The position numbers and the translations under genes were made by a program. The notes beneath the pieces are model-generated. The model was not told where the DNA came from and did not search any database. It was given only the letters and a program-made list of their open reading frames with translations. Shown here piece after piece: positions 25,201-34,909 of a stretch of 64,000 nt of DNA (the first letter of the stretch is position 1; each line of letters begins with the position of its first letter). This stretch comes from Aplysia californica. Taxonomy: Eukaryota. The stretch is from positions 867,113-931,112 of the forward strand of contig NW_004797456.1 of the NCBI RefSeq assembly GCF_000002075.1, given 5' to 3'.

Positions 25201-28200
25201 GAGTGTCAATTGGGACATTTTTCTTTGGACTGTCATCTCTCTGTTCCTTATGGCTATCTGGCATTTGCACAAAGATTTTGTTTGAAAATTGCTTGGAAAT
25301 CGCAAAATATCTTAAGCTTCTGTTTTCATTGAAATTTTGATGTCTGATTCATGTGAATCTTTTTTACTTAGACCCAGTTTGTTTTTTGTTTTGTTTTTTG
25401 TGAGAGGGGTTTTTCTCTCGATGAAATCTTAGGAATAGACTCTAACCTGTGGGCTCTTTCTCTGAAATCTGCAAATTGTTAAACTAAAAGATCTATTTTT
25501 GTAACATCTTCCCAACTCCAAATTGTTGCCTCTACTTGTGGAGAGGATTTATATCCCCATCGTGTATCATCAGATTCTGAGGAAAATTCGAGTAGCTCCA
25601 AGAAGACAACGACTCTCTACGAGCGATGGGAAGAGTCCCTGCTGGGTGCCACCAGCCTCTCTCAGGTCTACCTGCACCTGGCCACTCTGGACAAGAGCAT
25701 TATCTGGGCCAAGTCCACGTTGGAGACGCGCTGCAAACTGTGCAGGCGTAAAGGAGATGCTGAGAAGATGCTGTTGTGTGACGGCTGTGACCGGGGACAC
25801 CACATGTACTGTCTGAAACCTCCAATGGAGGTGAGTGAGGAGAAAGACATTGGGAGTTTTATTGTTGTTGTTTTGTTTTTTTTGGTGTGTTTTTTTTTAT
25901 TTAAGAGGGGGCTTGTTTTGGGCCACACATATTGAGAAATTATTGAAGCTTGCTTATATTATAGCTGCTTGAATGAAGATCAGGGGTACAATTTATTGCA
26001 AGTTCTGCTCTAGGCCAAACGTTCCAGTTGTTTTTTTTGTTTTTTTGGGGGTGGGACTTGCCAAAGTTTAAACATTTCTTCTGGGAAATTATTATGAATT
26101 GAATGCTCTGACCGTGGATCAGTTTTCAATTCTGGAGAAAGTTCAATTAAACATACATAGCTGTTGGCATGTTCATAAAGACTTGATAAAAGAATTTTAT
26201 GACTTTTACAGAGGATATCACTGTTGCCTTTCTTGTCAAATTTTAAAGAAATGGAGTAGCCATAAAATAATATTGTTTCTGGGAACCAAATGTAGCAGGT
26301 ACTGTTGGATGCATCCAAATCATGTCTATGTGCTACAAAAGTTACCTAAGCAGTGGGTCATAGTTTAAACGAAATCTTAACATTTTCCTTATTTAATGCC
26401 TTTTACAGCGTGGAGTCGTGATTTCAATAAATTGGAAATCTATTAGAGCATTTGTGCGACTTATGTAGTGGTAGAATGCCACATGGAATGTATGACAGAA
26501 AGTTTTATTTCAGCTCTTTATCATTGTAGTGCTTTGATGATATATTTGTTTCTCTTAGTTCTCAAGCTGTTCTTCTCAACACCTTTTCATTTTGCTTCCC
26601 AACTCGAGCAGAAGGTCCCAACTGGTGACTGGTTTTGTGCAGAGTGTCGGCCTAAACAAACGCCCCGCAGTCCCGTCAGGAAAGGAAGAAGAAAGACGTT
26701 CACAGAAGAGGAAGAAATTGTGGAGGAACCTCCAGAGGAAGAAGTGATGGAAGAAGATGAGGAAGAGGAAGAAGAACTGTGAGTTCTTCCTGATGTTGAT
26801 TTATGGAGGCATAAATGGGTTATTTCATTGAGTTTCAGTTCAGGAAAAAAACGTGTTTTCCTATTCCTGTTTTGCTTTCTGCTTCATATGCCTATTACAT
26901 ATCATGCATGAGCCAAAGTGTTGGTTGTCAACCTTAATCTCTTACCATTCTCTAGATTCTTTTCCCTGGACCTTGCTGCCTGTTTCCAGATCACTGGTTT
27001 TCTTAATGGCTCTGTCCCTGTCCTACTGGGAAGGTTTATTTTGGCCATTCTATTATTTTCCTCTGTTCCCCTCTTTTGTTTGTTTGCTAAATTCCCTTTC
27101 CCCCATCCTCCTCACCAATTCTCTTTTTTCTTTACATGACCTGTGGAAAAGTAGAACCAAAATTTTCTATTTTCATATACACATGCTGCTCGTGGGTAGT
27201 TTTTTTTTTCCTTTTTTTTTTTTGTTGGATGTTCTTTGTGTGTTGATGTCTCTCTACATTTTTGTTAAGTTGTTCTATTTGACTCAAATTGACAAAAATA
27301 CATTTTTCTCCCTGTATTTTCAAATCAGAGACGAAGAAGATGTCACGCTGGATGAGACAGTGGAAGATGAAACTGAGGAAGAGGAAGAAGAGCCAGATGT
27401 AGATAGTGATGATGACGAAGATGAGGATGATGTCGACATGGAATCTAATGAGAATCCGGAGGAGGACTTATGTACAGGATGCAAGACGGGAGGGACTCTG
27501 ATCTGCTGCGACTGCTGTCCCCGGGCTTATCATTTACACTGTGCCAAGCCTGTCCTGAAAAAGGTGTGTGGATCATATTTATTGTGTTTGATGCTAAATG
27601 ACCAATTTTAGACAACTCAAAAAGCAATTTAATTGTCTCTTTACAAGTGATATTTCATGAAATTGGGGGGAAGGGGGGCTCAGCACCTCAGTGTTGTTAT
27701 ATTGCTGTTGTTATGGTGTTTACCTTTCAACCTGGAGATCCAGAGTTCGATCCCCACCAGTGTCGGGGTTTATTTTCTCAAAATTTCTTTACTCCTGATC
27801 CTGGGGTACTCTAAGGTATTGAATAAACGAGGGATGTGGACAAATGGTCCAAAATTAATAAACGGGGGGGCACATTTAACCTCATACCCCTGTACTAGTA
27901 GGAACAAATCTGTTTTATTTCTCCTTCAGTGAATAAAAGAACAAGAGATCTTGAAATTTAATTGATTTTAACAAGCTACTGTAACAACTTTTCCCATTTA
28001 GGAACAAACCAGTATCATTAAAAAAAATATAAACCAATGTAAAAAAGTTTAACAAATGCACATAAAATGGAGGTAGCTATCCCGGTATTACAAAATGTTT
28101 GTTTTGTTATGCATACCAGATACAGTTTTTAAATGTCTTAGATGTGTGACAGACACAAATGATGTCTCTGATTTATTTTTTAGAGCTGTAAGTTATGAAT

Positions 28201-31200
28201 TTGGAAGGGCTATCCAGTAATATTCAAGTTAACTCTTTCCGGACGGATCGCTGATATATCGGCGGGAGTCCACACCCTTTGCGGACGTATCACCGATATA
28301 TCAGCTATGATAGGGTGCGTCAGTTTTGTTTCGTTTTAACACGATCCATCATTTGTAATTACTTTTTATTGCTATTAAAAAACTGGGAAAGGATTTAGGA
28401 AACGAAAATGTCTAGTTTCACTTTGTCAAAGCGTGGGTTTAGAGGAAAAGGAGTGAATTAGTTCTTCTGGTCTTGCATCAACAAAACGATGTAACCGGAC
28501 TCAGTATAAATTTCATAACTAAAAAACAAAAATTGGAATATTGCTTTCAAATAAAAAGCTGCTCTTGGCCTGTGTATGATAAGTTAGCTATGCTGTTTTC
28601 CTTTCACATGTTTGGTGAATGTAATTTTTTCCGTCAAAATGTATTTTTCTCATCACCATCGCCATTTCTAACCTTTCTAATTCATACTTATGTTCAAAAT
28701 TAATCCTTTTTTTATAATGGGATGTATTTCTCATTCAATTTCATTCAATTTGATATGGTATGTTATGTTTGGAGCGATGGTTATGCTTCTATGAAGTTAT
28801 TTCGTACCCCACCTGCATAGCCAAAGCGAGCCACAGGTTAATCATGTCTAGACCCCCAAAAAACTACGTCCAGAAAGAGTTAACATGCTGAAAATTGGAA
28901 AAGAATTTTATGTGGGTTTACTTTATAAAAAAAGATTCGTTAGTGAATGGTATACTTTTATCAATTTTTTTTAAACCTCAAAAATGGGTGGTTGGCGGGT
29001 GCTCTGGTGTGGTTTGCTTCTTCTTTCCTATCAAACATCTATCGTCTTTATCTCCCCTCCTTTTTTTGTGTTTGTTACTCTCTTGTAACACCTCTAATCT
29101 TTGGCACTTATATGACTAGGCAGTTTAGTAAAAATTTCAAATTTGTCTGATATGCTTTGAAATACTTTCATCTGAAAGCTCTTGCCTTCATGATCATAAA
29201 ACAGTTTAAAGTTTGTTGATATCTTTATTAGTTAAAAAGTTATGGCGATTTTTCATGCCTAAAATCCGGCCAATTTCAGGCCACTTTTAACACTGAGTTT
29301 TTGTGACACAAAAATGCAACTTTACAACACAAATGACCATTACTCAACACAAATGACCATTACTCAACACAAAATGCATATTTTTTAAAGTGTTGTGCAT
29401 CAGTTTGTTGGGAATTTTACACAGAATGCACGCAACTACAAAACACCTCTTTACAAAGTCACAGAAATATTTTTTGGTACTTCTAGAGGTTCAGGGTGAT
29501 AAAAAATCCCCCGTAAGGATAACCCGAAATGGACAAAATGGGCTATATCTTTGCTGCTAATGGTCATATTTAGACAAATCATACATCATTCTCTTTGTCG
29601 TTTTTCACTGTTCATAATTATTAAAGAGTTAAGCCAATTAAGTAATAATTTCCAATTTTTATGGCCATTCCTAAGATTTCAAAACGTATTTTTAGTGTTT
29701 CTCTAACCGTTAAACGGATTCCGTTAAAAAAAAACCCCCAACCTCTTAATGACCGCCATAAGTCAGCTCCCTATCCTTCTTTTACAAAGTATTGTAACAT
29801 ACATTTGTGTGAAGCTATATTTTAAAATTCATGCTTTCAAGTGCATAAAAGAACTTATAAATTCAAGAAAAATGCTCTTCGGAGACCTAGTTGTAGACCC
29901 ACTGGAACATTTAATAAACTGCGGAAAGATGACGAGAAAATAACAAAGTCATTTTATGATCTTCACACAAGTTGCACTTGCACTTTTTTGGACAAATTAT
30001 ATTTATAGTCTACCTCATTCTATTATTTTTTCACACATGTTTCTTCACTATTCATTACATTTTGAGTTATTATCAGCTAGCAATTTTTATTGATGAGCAT
30101 AATTTAAAAAAAATATTGAGTCAGACTCATTGGCCATAAATTATATTTTTTTAAATGGCACAATTTGATAATGTAAATGTAAAAATATCCAGAAAATAAC
30201 AACATTAAATTATTAGGTACTAAAAGTGAAAGACTGAGCAGAGGCTTAGATAAACTCTGTTCTCTACTACTATACTACTAACAAGTAAGTTTGCGCAAAA
30301 CTGATTTAAGAAAAAGGTTGTCTCATAAAAGCAATTGTTAAGATGAGATTTATTATTAACTCTGGAATATATAGCTACATGCTGAATCTAACATCAATTA
30401 GAACTGTGCAATTCAAGCTTTATTTCAATTCCAAAGCCCAAAGGCATAAATAGTTAGATATGGTGGCTTTTTGACTGTTTCTAGCCTACTACTGCTGAAT
30501 TCTAGAAGGGAATCTAGATTTAGCTATCATTTGCACTATTCAAGAGCCAAATATGGTAAAATAAAAGCAAAACTGTGAATTCTTTTGTCAGTCCGTTCAT
30601 AATTTCATAGCCGCACGTATTATTATTATCCGGAGAAACAAGTAAAGCGCGAATAAATGCGATGCCGGCGCAATACGTTATCACAGTGTGCAGGGGAGAG
30701 CAGGGGCGCCGGGTCGCTGACCGGCCGATTCGGCGTACCAGCTTTTTGTATGCATTCTTACGGGAAGCGCCGTAGCATTGTGCGAAGTTCAACATAAACA
30801 ACTCGGGTGTCAAAAGAAACTAGAATGGATAATCTATAACTTCTGAAAGATTCATAAATATACAGCCAGTAGTTTTCATTTTATCGTGTTGTAAAAACTG
30901 CCTTGTTCTCAGATGCAAATATTTCCAGTTCCACTGAACCGATTTTCACGCGAAGACCGCCATTTTGAAGACCTTTCTTTTCTGTTTAAAAAGATGTATC
31001 GGGAGTGGTAGTGCAATTCGCAAAACGAAACAAAACTGTGAGTTGTTTAGACCCACCGTAGCGCGAGGCTTCACGGCCGGTCACAAAAATCTACGGGGCG
31101 TACCGCGGCCGATTCGCCCTGCCGCGAGCGCGTTCACTAAACTGCCTAATATGACCTTATTGTTTTGCAAGTGCCGTAAAACACTAAAAGTATTTTTAAA

Positions 31201-34200
31201 AACCTTAAAAGCAGAAGACAATCATATTTGTTCAGTCTTATTTTGTTAATGTTGTTCATATTGGTTGCATACCACATACATCCATTTCAAGCTTGTATGC
31301 TTTTGCTTATTGTTTACATACAAATAAGTTGATTGTCTTGTCCATTTACCCAGGTTCCTCGGGGGAAATGGATGTGTCAGGTGTGCATGGGCATTGAACG
31401 AAGTGGCAAGATTAAAATTGGAGCAGCAAAAACAAGCAAAGGCAGCGCCAAGGGCAAATCGAAAGAAAAGTCAAAAGGTAAGAGATTGCACAGATGTTTG
31501 AATGTAAATGAAGGGCAAGGGACATTAAAGCAGTCAGAAGTAGAAGGGAGAGTGGGGGTGCCTTGGAAATTGGGGACTAAATTGATGTCCAAGATACTGT
31601 TTTTTATTTCATTATTCGTCAATATTACTTCACCATTTGCAGTCAGTCCCACTTTATGTAATTTTATTTGTTATTACGTAGTGTGATGTTATAATTTATA
31701 GTGTTCCTGTTTGGTTTTGAAAAAGTTGACAAGCCTGAAGATGCACAATTCAAGACCCAACAAAGTGTCGAGAAGAGACATAAAATTATGCCTCCCATTG
31801 ACTGAAGCTATCCAAGTTCAGTTGAGCTGAAAAAGCTTTCCCTTTCCTTTTTGAAGGTGTGGATTTAATTTCTTTATTCCATAAAGTCAAAGCAGAAAAC
31901 TTGATGCTCATCTTCACCTACCCAGACATCATTGAGGAAAACAGAGGGGATCTGACCACCTGCAGGAACTGGCTGTAACTCCACTGACTATGGCATGAGG
32001 GCCAAGCTCCTACTTAAAGACTGAGGGACCTCCTCCCTACATTAGTTTTTGTAACTTCTAATTTCTTTGTAACTTAAGTTTTTGAAATTGTCATTATTCA
32101 ACATATTGCGTGGGCAGAGAAGTAGAAAAAAAGTATTTGCAGTATGTGCATAGTTAACTTTGTTGCATTTTGCCAGAATTGGCTGAATTTTATGAAAGGA
32201 GAAAACTTATTTGCTTAATGAAATGTTATTTGTTGTTTTAGGCTCAACTAAAGACAAGTTAAAGCCAACAGGCAGCAACAAATCAACACCGAACAATTCT
32301 CGACCAGGCTCTCGGCGAGAAAGTCCACGAGACAGTCCTGTGCTGGGACGGTCCCGGAAACATCCGCCATCAGCCTTGGCTTTGGAAGAGGCAGGAAATT
32401 CCAAGCCCAAGAAGAAACGTGCAAGACTTTCGTACGACCCTGTGTCAGGTAAGGGAATGTGTTCTTACTTCTTTTGTGCCATAATTTATCAGCTCATTGT
32501 CATATGGTGTTAAAAAACAAAAGCCAATGATATAACCAGTGGCACAGAAAAAGTTTGTCTACTCTTTTGCTAGATTTCTTTTTGCCTTGATGAGGGCTAC
32601 ATGTTATAGGGGAAAATAATTTATCTCACTGTTTCCGATACACATGCTCATTTCATATATATGGAATTATAATAAAGTATACTTTTATCATGCTCCCCTG
32701 ACTTAATTTATATCTTTTCCGCTAGTTTGGGATAGGTCATGTCTTGCCTTTTCAGATGCTTTCATCATCATACCCTGTAGTGTACTGGATAATGTACGCT
32801 TTGAAATTCCTATGAATACTCGTTCAGTTGTATAGATACTGGTAACATTATGATATTAACTCACTTCAGACGGTTCACACAACAGTTGCGTGACCCCCGC
32901 CGCGACGCTCGCGACGGGTCTCACATGCCTTGCGTGACCAACTTTGGAATTTTTTTTTCGCTCTACAAATCACACACGGATCGCGAGACCCGCCTCGTAC
33001 CTTTGTTTGGCCAAGCCTGAGCTACTTAGACTTCGTTTCGTATCTCTGGGGCCGGTAGTTTTTAAGTTATTGAAGGTGAAGGACAGTGACCCCAACTGGG
33101 GTTGAACAGACCGGAACTCGCGCTTTGTTTTTTCTATACAGCTGATAGTAATCCGACAGTTGCGTCGAAGTAACGGTCGAAGAAGTCGCATGAACAAGAA
33201 TCACATAATTTCGCCGTTTTCTATACTTCTGTACGTTTTACTAGTTCTAGTGTCTCAGAATATGATGTGTCTAATAGTTAGGATCCTGGATGTGTGCCCG
33301 AACACGGCCCGAGTCGTAGTTCTAGGGCTAGATCTAGCACTAGTACCGGTGTTGTTTTTCGCGCAACGAAATCACAACGTCGTGCCGTTCATCTGTCTCA
33401 TGTAATTCAGTGTATGGGTCTGAATCAATGCACAGACCAGCTTTTATATTTTCACCAAACACTCGCACATGTATACAAATCAAACCAGAACACTTTGAAC
33501 TTTTATTTTTGTTGATGTAGTGAATTTCATTCTACTTGTCACGTCTCTGGAAATTTTTCGGAAAATCAAATTCATGCCAATTTTTAAAAAATCATACAAA
33601 TGAAAGTGTTAGACTTAGACAACTTTAGTTTTTTTTTTATTAGATTAAGCTTGAATGTTACTTTACTGTGTCAAAAAATAATTACAATACGGTAATTCTG
33701 AGAGTTGTGGTGATTTATTGAAATACCCCCCAAAACGCCAGTCTTCAACGCTTGTGACTGGTGAAAGGGCCCAGTTGCAAGTGAGTTAAACACTTGCCCC
33801 AACCCCATTTTAAGCTACTTGTTTGGGATTTTTTTAGCTTTGATGCCCAGGAAAGCTGGTACAAAAATGAGGAGGGGGATTCTTTAAGGGTTACAGAAAT
33901 GTTTATTTTGCATTACATCAGAATACAATGTCCCTGTTTTGTTTGTTTTATAGATGGCAGCCCTATCATGCGTATGATGAAGCCCATCAACCCAAGCTCT
34001 AAGCGTGCCAACAGTCAACAGCAGCAGCTGAAGACGGCCGAGGAGCTGATCAATGAACTCATGAAGCATGAGGACGCTTGGCCCTTCCTCAAGCCCGTAG
34101 ACAAAAAATTGGTGAGTCCTCTCATGAGGTTCACAAAAGATGCATATTCTCAGAATTTAGTTGGAGTTTAGGGTTCTTTATTTTGTCTCAGAATTCTTTA

Positions 34201-34909
34201 GAAATGATAAAGTAATTGTGATGTTTTATTTTCTGTTTGTCGTAGTGCTGTGTTCGAGTGCCTAGTATTGTGATTTTTCTTGTACAGTCTATATTGTCCA
34301 AGGCGGCTAACCATTGTCGAGGAGAAAAGTGTTTGTCTTAGACAGGTGGTCCTCTTGGTCAGTGATATTATAATAAAGAATAAAAATGCAAGGGGAAAAG
34401 TTGGTTTGACTTAATTTTTTTCTTCACATATTTGCACTTTTCTATGAGTAGATGCATTTTCTTTGGCTCTGTCAGATTTGTCCATGACAGCTCTATGGAT
34501 CGTCATTGCAATGCAGTTGTGGGGGGAAGAAGGACACTATCTGTCAGTGTGTGATGGACTTTCTGTATTATATTTTAGGAGTATCCAAAAGTTTTGCTCA
34601 AAGCCTGACCTTTATTTTTCCTTGTTGTGTCATCAGGTGCCCGACTACTATGATGTCATTGAAGTCCCGATGGATTTTGGCACGATTAGGAACAAAATCC
34701 ACGCGTTCACATACCAGAAGCCATCGGCGATGTTGGCGGACGTCCGCCTCATCTTTAGTAATTGTGTGGAGTATAACACGAGAAACAGTCCGGAGTACAA
34801 AGCTTACTATAGACTCTCCAAGTTCTTTGACAAGCGAGTGAAGGAGCTGTCGCTGTCTGAGGATGCTCCCACGCCGGTCAAGAATCCAAAAGGCAGGGTG
34901 TCTGTCTGA
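1145..34909 (+). CDS. BAZ1A: Bromodomain adjacent to zinc finger 1A (ACF1, ISWI accessory subunit); 5'-partial, 25 coding exons in the window
   Basis: The exons join in frame through GT-AG introns (4264 nt = 1 nt + 1421 codons including the stop). Motifs: SRDRSKLFLKQHCE, WARPRDDLECDDLK, DDT (FGDAVMILEFVHIF), WHIM1, WHIM2 (PIGRDRLFRRYYFF), WHIM3 (LDALIACLNTRGFRECAL), PHD1, PHD2 and a C-terminal bromodomain (AWPFLKPV..VPDYYDVIEVPMDFGTI..NCVEYN). Confidence 0.96.
1326..2191. mobile_element. Kolobok-like non-autonomous DNA element, interrupted by a piggyBac derivative
   Basis: TTAA on both sides; imperfect TIR gcacaagggggctatccc / ggacaagccggctaaccc. Confidence 0.5.
1406..2071 (+). mobile_element. 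piggyBac-like internal-deletion derivative
   Basis: TTAA|CCCTCT...AGAGGG|TTAA; decayed acidic N-terminal ORF remnant (MSDSSADLDTD*..ESDDSDKEF) at about 1626. Confidence 0.7.
2340..2444 (+). CDS. BAZ1A: BAZ1A exon (QKKKKGFGADPVRFQYKVKL...)
   Basis: ttcag| and |gtttgt, phase 2-2; DP..F.YKV motif; not in the ORF track. Confidence 0.85.
3203..3290 (+). CDS. BAZ1A: BAZ1A exon (RKRGLYSRDRSKLFLKQHCEPVNGLWKVK)
   Basis: ttcag| and |gttggt; conserved BAZ1A motif. Confidence 0.92.
3312..4132. mobile_element. Tc1/mariner (pogo/Tigger-type) MITE
   Basis: TA|CAGTCGAACCTG...CAGGTCCGACTG|TA with repeated GACGGCCACCT subterminal motifs; decayed relatives near 2842-3010, 4995-5150, 34283 and 63134. Confidence 0.75.
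4644..4812 (+). CDS. BAZ1A: BAZ1A exon (ESTLKKLNLGSAKFEDFFAGPAPGF...)
   Basis: tttag| and |gtaagt; phases consistent. Confidence 0.88.
5247..5428 (+). CDS. BAZ1A: BAZ1A exon (K/E-rich coiled coil)
   Basis: taag| and |gtgggt; phase 1-0. Confidence 0.85.
5767..5862 (+). CDS. BAZ1A: BAZ1A exon (...WARPRDDLECDDLK)
   Basis: ttag| and |gtacag; conserved motif before the DDT domain. Confidence 0.93.
6229..6367 (+). CDS. BAZ1A: BAZ1A exon, DDT domain
   Basis: EMPEFVPVRTRVPIDLFGDAVMILEFVHIFKSIFDFKQFFPKGFTW; tcag| and |gtaatt. Confidence 0.93.
6761..6907 (+). CDS. BAZ1A: BAZ1A exon, C-terminal part of the DDT domain
   Basis: MVESALMDHEPDGPLCDLLQMLLCALFNLQEEE; acag| and |gtaagt. Confidence 0.92.
6921..7762 (-). 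mobile_element. 5'-truncated RTE-clade LINE (C-terminus of reverse transcriptase)
   Basis: LDFADDLALL, YLGS, SVLLYGCEAW, RWRWIGHTLR; premature TAG at 7145-7147, then WNPQGKRSKGRPRGTW; (TGA)n tail; 9-bp TSD GTGGGAAGT at 6912-6920 and 7763-7771. Confidence 0.95.
8151..8246 (+). CDS. BAZ1A: BAZ1A exon
   Basis: DEKDDDMDEEVSANEMIKSATIMAQFSQNTL; acag| and |gtatga. Confidence 0.88.
9042..9266 (+). CDS. BAZ1A: BAZ1A exon (LDQFTLSEILRIHLLASGA...YQQRGGYTSQDDP)
   Basis: Strongly conserved ACF1 segment; acag| and |gtgaca. Confidence 0.94.
9644..9809 (+). CDS. BAZ1A: BAZ1A exon, WHIM1
   Basis: EKAKIISTLVQQIVTYAMVRDTIED...; acag| and |gtgaga. Confidence 0.9.
10621..10695 (+). CDS. BAZ1A: BAZ1A exon
   Basis: YKKMMEEKAREQARRMQQLIAEQN; gcag| and |gtatgt; phase 2-2. 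Confidence 0.85.
11159..11471 (+). CDS. BAZ1A: BAZ1A exon, WHIM2/WSD
   Basis: PIGRDRLFRRYYFFTTLNGLFVE; tcag| and |gtcagt. Confidence 0.92.
11899..13843. mobile_element. Non-autonomous DNA element, possibly IS3EU-type, with internal ~175-bp tandem repeats
   Basis: TATGGCA...TGCCATA termini; 6-bp flanks tttgtt/ggtgtt match only partly; gactagattctgca recurs at about 13272 and 13447. Confidence 0.5.
12772..12848. repeat. Compound microsatellite (GC/GT/GA/poly-G)
   Basis: Seen directly. Confidence 0.9.
14065..14535 (+). CDS. BAZ1A: BAZ1A exon, WHIM3 (acceptor uncertain: 14065 or 14092)
   Basis: WSFIDTPEHLDALIACLNTRGFRECALR; donor |gtaagc; two in-phase acceptor candidates. Confidence 0.85.
14927..15079 (+). 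CDS. BAZ1A: BAZ1A exon
   Basis: EINLRDAILDMEDRIHVGALGSLK; tcag| and |gtagga. Confidence 0.93.
15286..18032. mobile_element. hAT-like non-autonomous element
   Basis: TIR CAGGGCTCCCCTTT / AAAGGGGAGCCCTG; subterminal TTACCCCTTAA repeats; no 8-bp TSD recognisable. Confidence 0.65.
17275..17590 (-). mobile_element. tRNA-derived SINE, 5'-truncated copy
   Basis: Reverse complement of 20552-20898; B box GGTTCGAATCCC; (TTA)n tail. Confidence 0.9.
19781..19884 (+). CDS. BAZ1A: BAZ1A exon
   Basis: IKDRTAWREALL...; ccag| and |gtacat. Confidence 0.88.
20227..20342 (+). CDS. BAZ1A: BAZ1A exon
   Basis: VARDLAKALVQIARGVELRFLREPL; tcag| and |gtaagt. Confidence 0.92.
20552..20898 (+). mobile_element. tRNA-derived SINE, full length
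   Basis: A box TGGCCTAGTGG, B box GGTTCGAATCC, central GTGTCCTTGGGAAAGGCACTT / CACCCAGGTG..AATGGGTACC, L2-like tail GTAAAGCGCTTAGAG..GCGCTATACAAATG(TTA)n. Confidence 0.92.
21483..24245 (-). mobile_element. Truncated, inverted copy of the 29117-31148 element
   Basis: Long collinear reverse-complement similarity to about 29405-31148 (e.g. gtttagtgaacg..cgcggcagggcgaatc). Confidence 0.85.
22699..23615. repeat. Foldback element: two oppositely oriented arrays of ~50-60-bp modules
   Basis: About 9 forward GTGGACCCCGGGGTCACCGTAGTGAAATAAG units, then about 9 reverse units, centre near 23157; flanked by a TTGATAA direct repeat; absent from the sister copy at about 30065. Confidence 0.88.
24794..24874 (+). 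CDS. BAZ1A: BAZ1A exon (K/E-rich linker)
   Basis: EDESKKKKAASKDKEKKKKEDEESFE; tcag| and |gtagat; phase 1-1. Confidence 0.8.
25574..25830 (+). CDS. BAZ1A: BAZ1A exon, PHD finger 1
   Basis: ERWEESLL..SQVYLHLATLDKSIIWAKS..CKLCRRKGDAEKMLLCDGCDRGHHMYCLKP. Confidence 0.96.
26612..26778 (+). CDS. BAZ1A: BAZ1A exon, end of PHD1 plus acidic tract
   Basis: KVPTGDWFCAECRP; donor |gtgagt. Confidence 0.92.
27329..27563 (+). CDS. BAZ1A: BAZ1A exon, acidic tract plus PHD finger 2
   Basis: CTGCKTGGTLICCDCCPRAYHLHCAKPVLKK; tcag| and |gtgtgt. Confidence 0.93.
28233..28879. mobile_element. piggyBac-like MITE
   Basis: TTAA|CTCTTTCCGGACG...CGTCCAGAAAGAG|TTAA. Confidence 0.8.
29117..31148. mobile_element. hAT (hATw-like, 7-bp TSD) non-autonomous element
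   Basis: TIR TAGGCAGTTTAGT; TSD ATATGAC (29110-29116 and 31149-31155); splits a LINE 3'-end fragment. Confidence 0.8.
31354..31477 (+). CDS. BAZ1A: BAZ1A exon, end of PHD2
   Basis: VPRGKWMCQVC; ccag| and |gtaaga. Confidence 0.92.
32242..32448 (+). CDS. BAZ1A: BAZ1A exon (S/R/K-rich, NLS-like KPKKKR)
   Basis: ttag| and |gtaagg; phase 1-1. Confidence 0.86.
32860..33785. mobile_element. piggyBac-like MITE
   Basis: TTAA|CTCACTT...AAGTGAG|TTAA; CpG-rich left interior. Confidence 0.65.
33954..34111 (+). CDS. BAZ1A: BAZ1A exon, start of the bromodomain
   Basis: EELINELMKHEDAWPFLKPVDKKL; atag| and |gtgagt. Confidence 0.95.
34637..34909 (+). CDS. BAZ1A: BAZ1A last coding exon, bromodomain
   Basis: VPDYYDVIEVPMDFGTIRNK..DVRLIFSNCVEYN; TGA at 34907-34909. 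Confidence 0.95.
   Translation: MPDYYDVIEVPMDFGTIRNKIHAFTYQKPSAMLADVRLIFSNCVEYNTRNSPEYKAYYRLSKFFDKRVKELSLSEDAPTPVKNPKGRVSV

Noticed and set aside
26853-27328. Hydrophobic 'membrane protein' N-terminus of the 252-aa ORF
   Set aside because: Read-through of T-rich intron; only 27329-27563 is exon.
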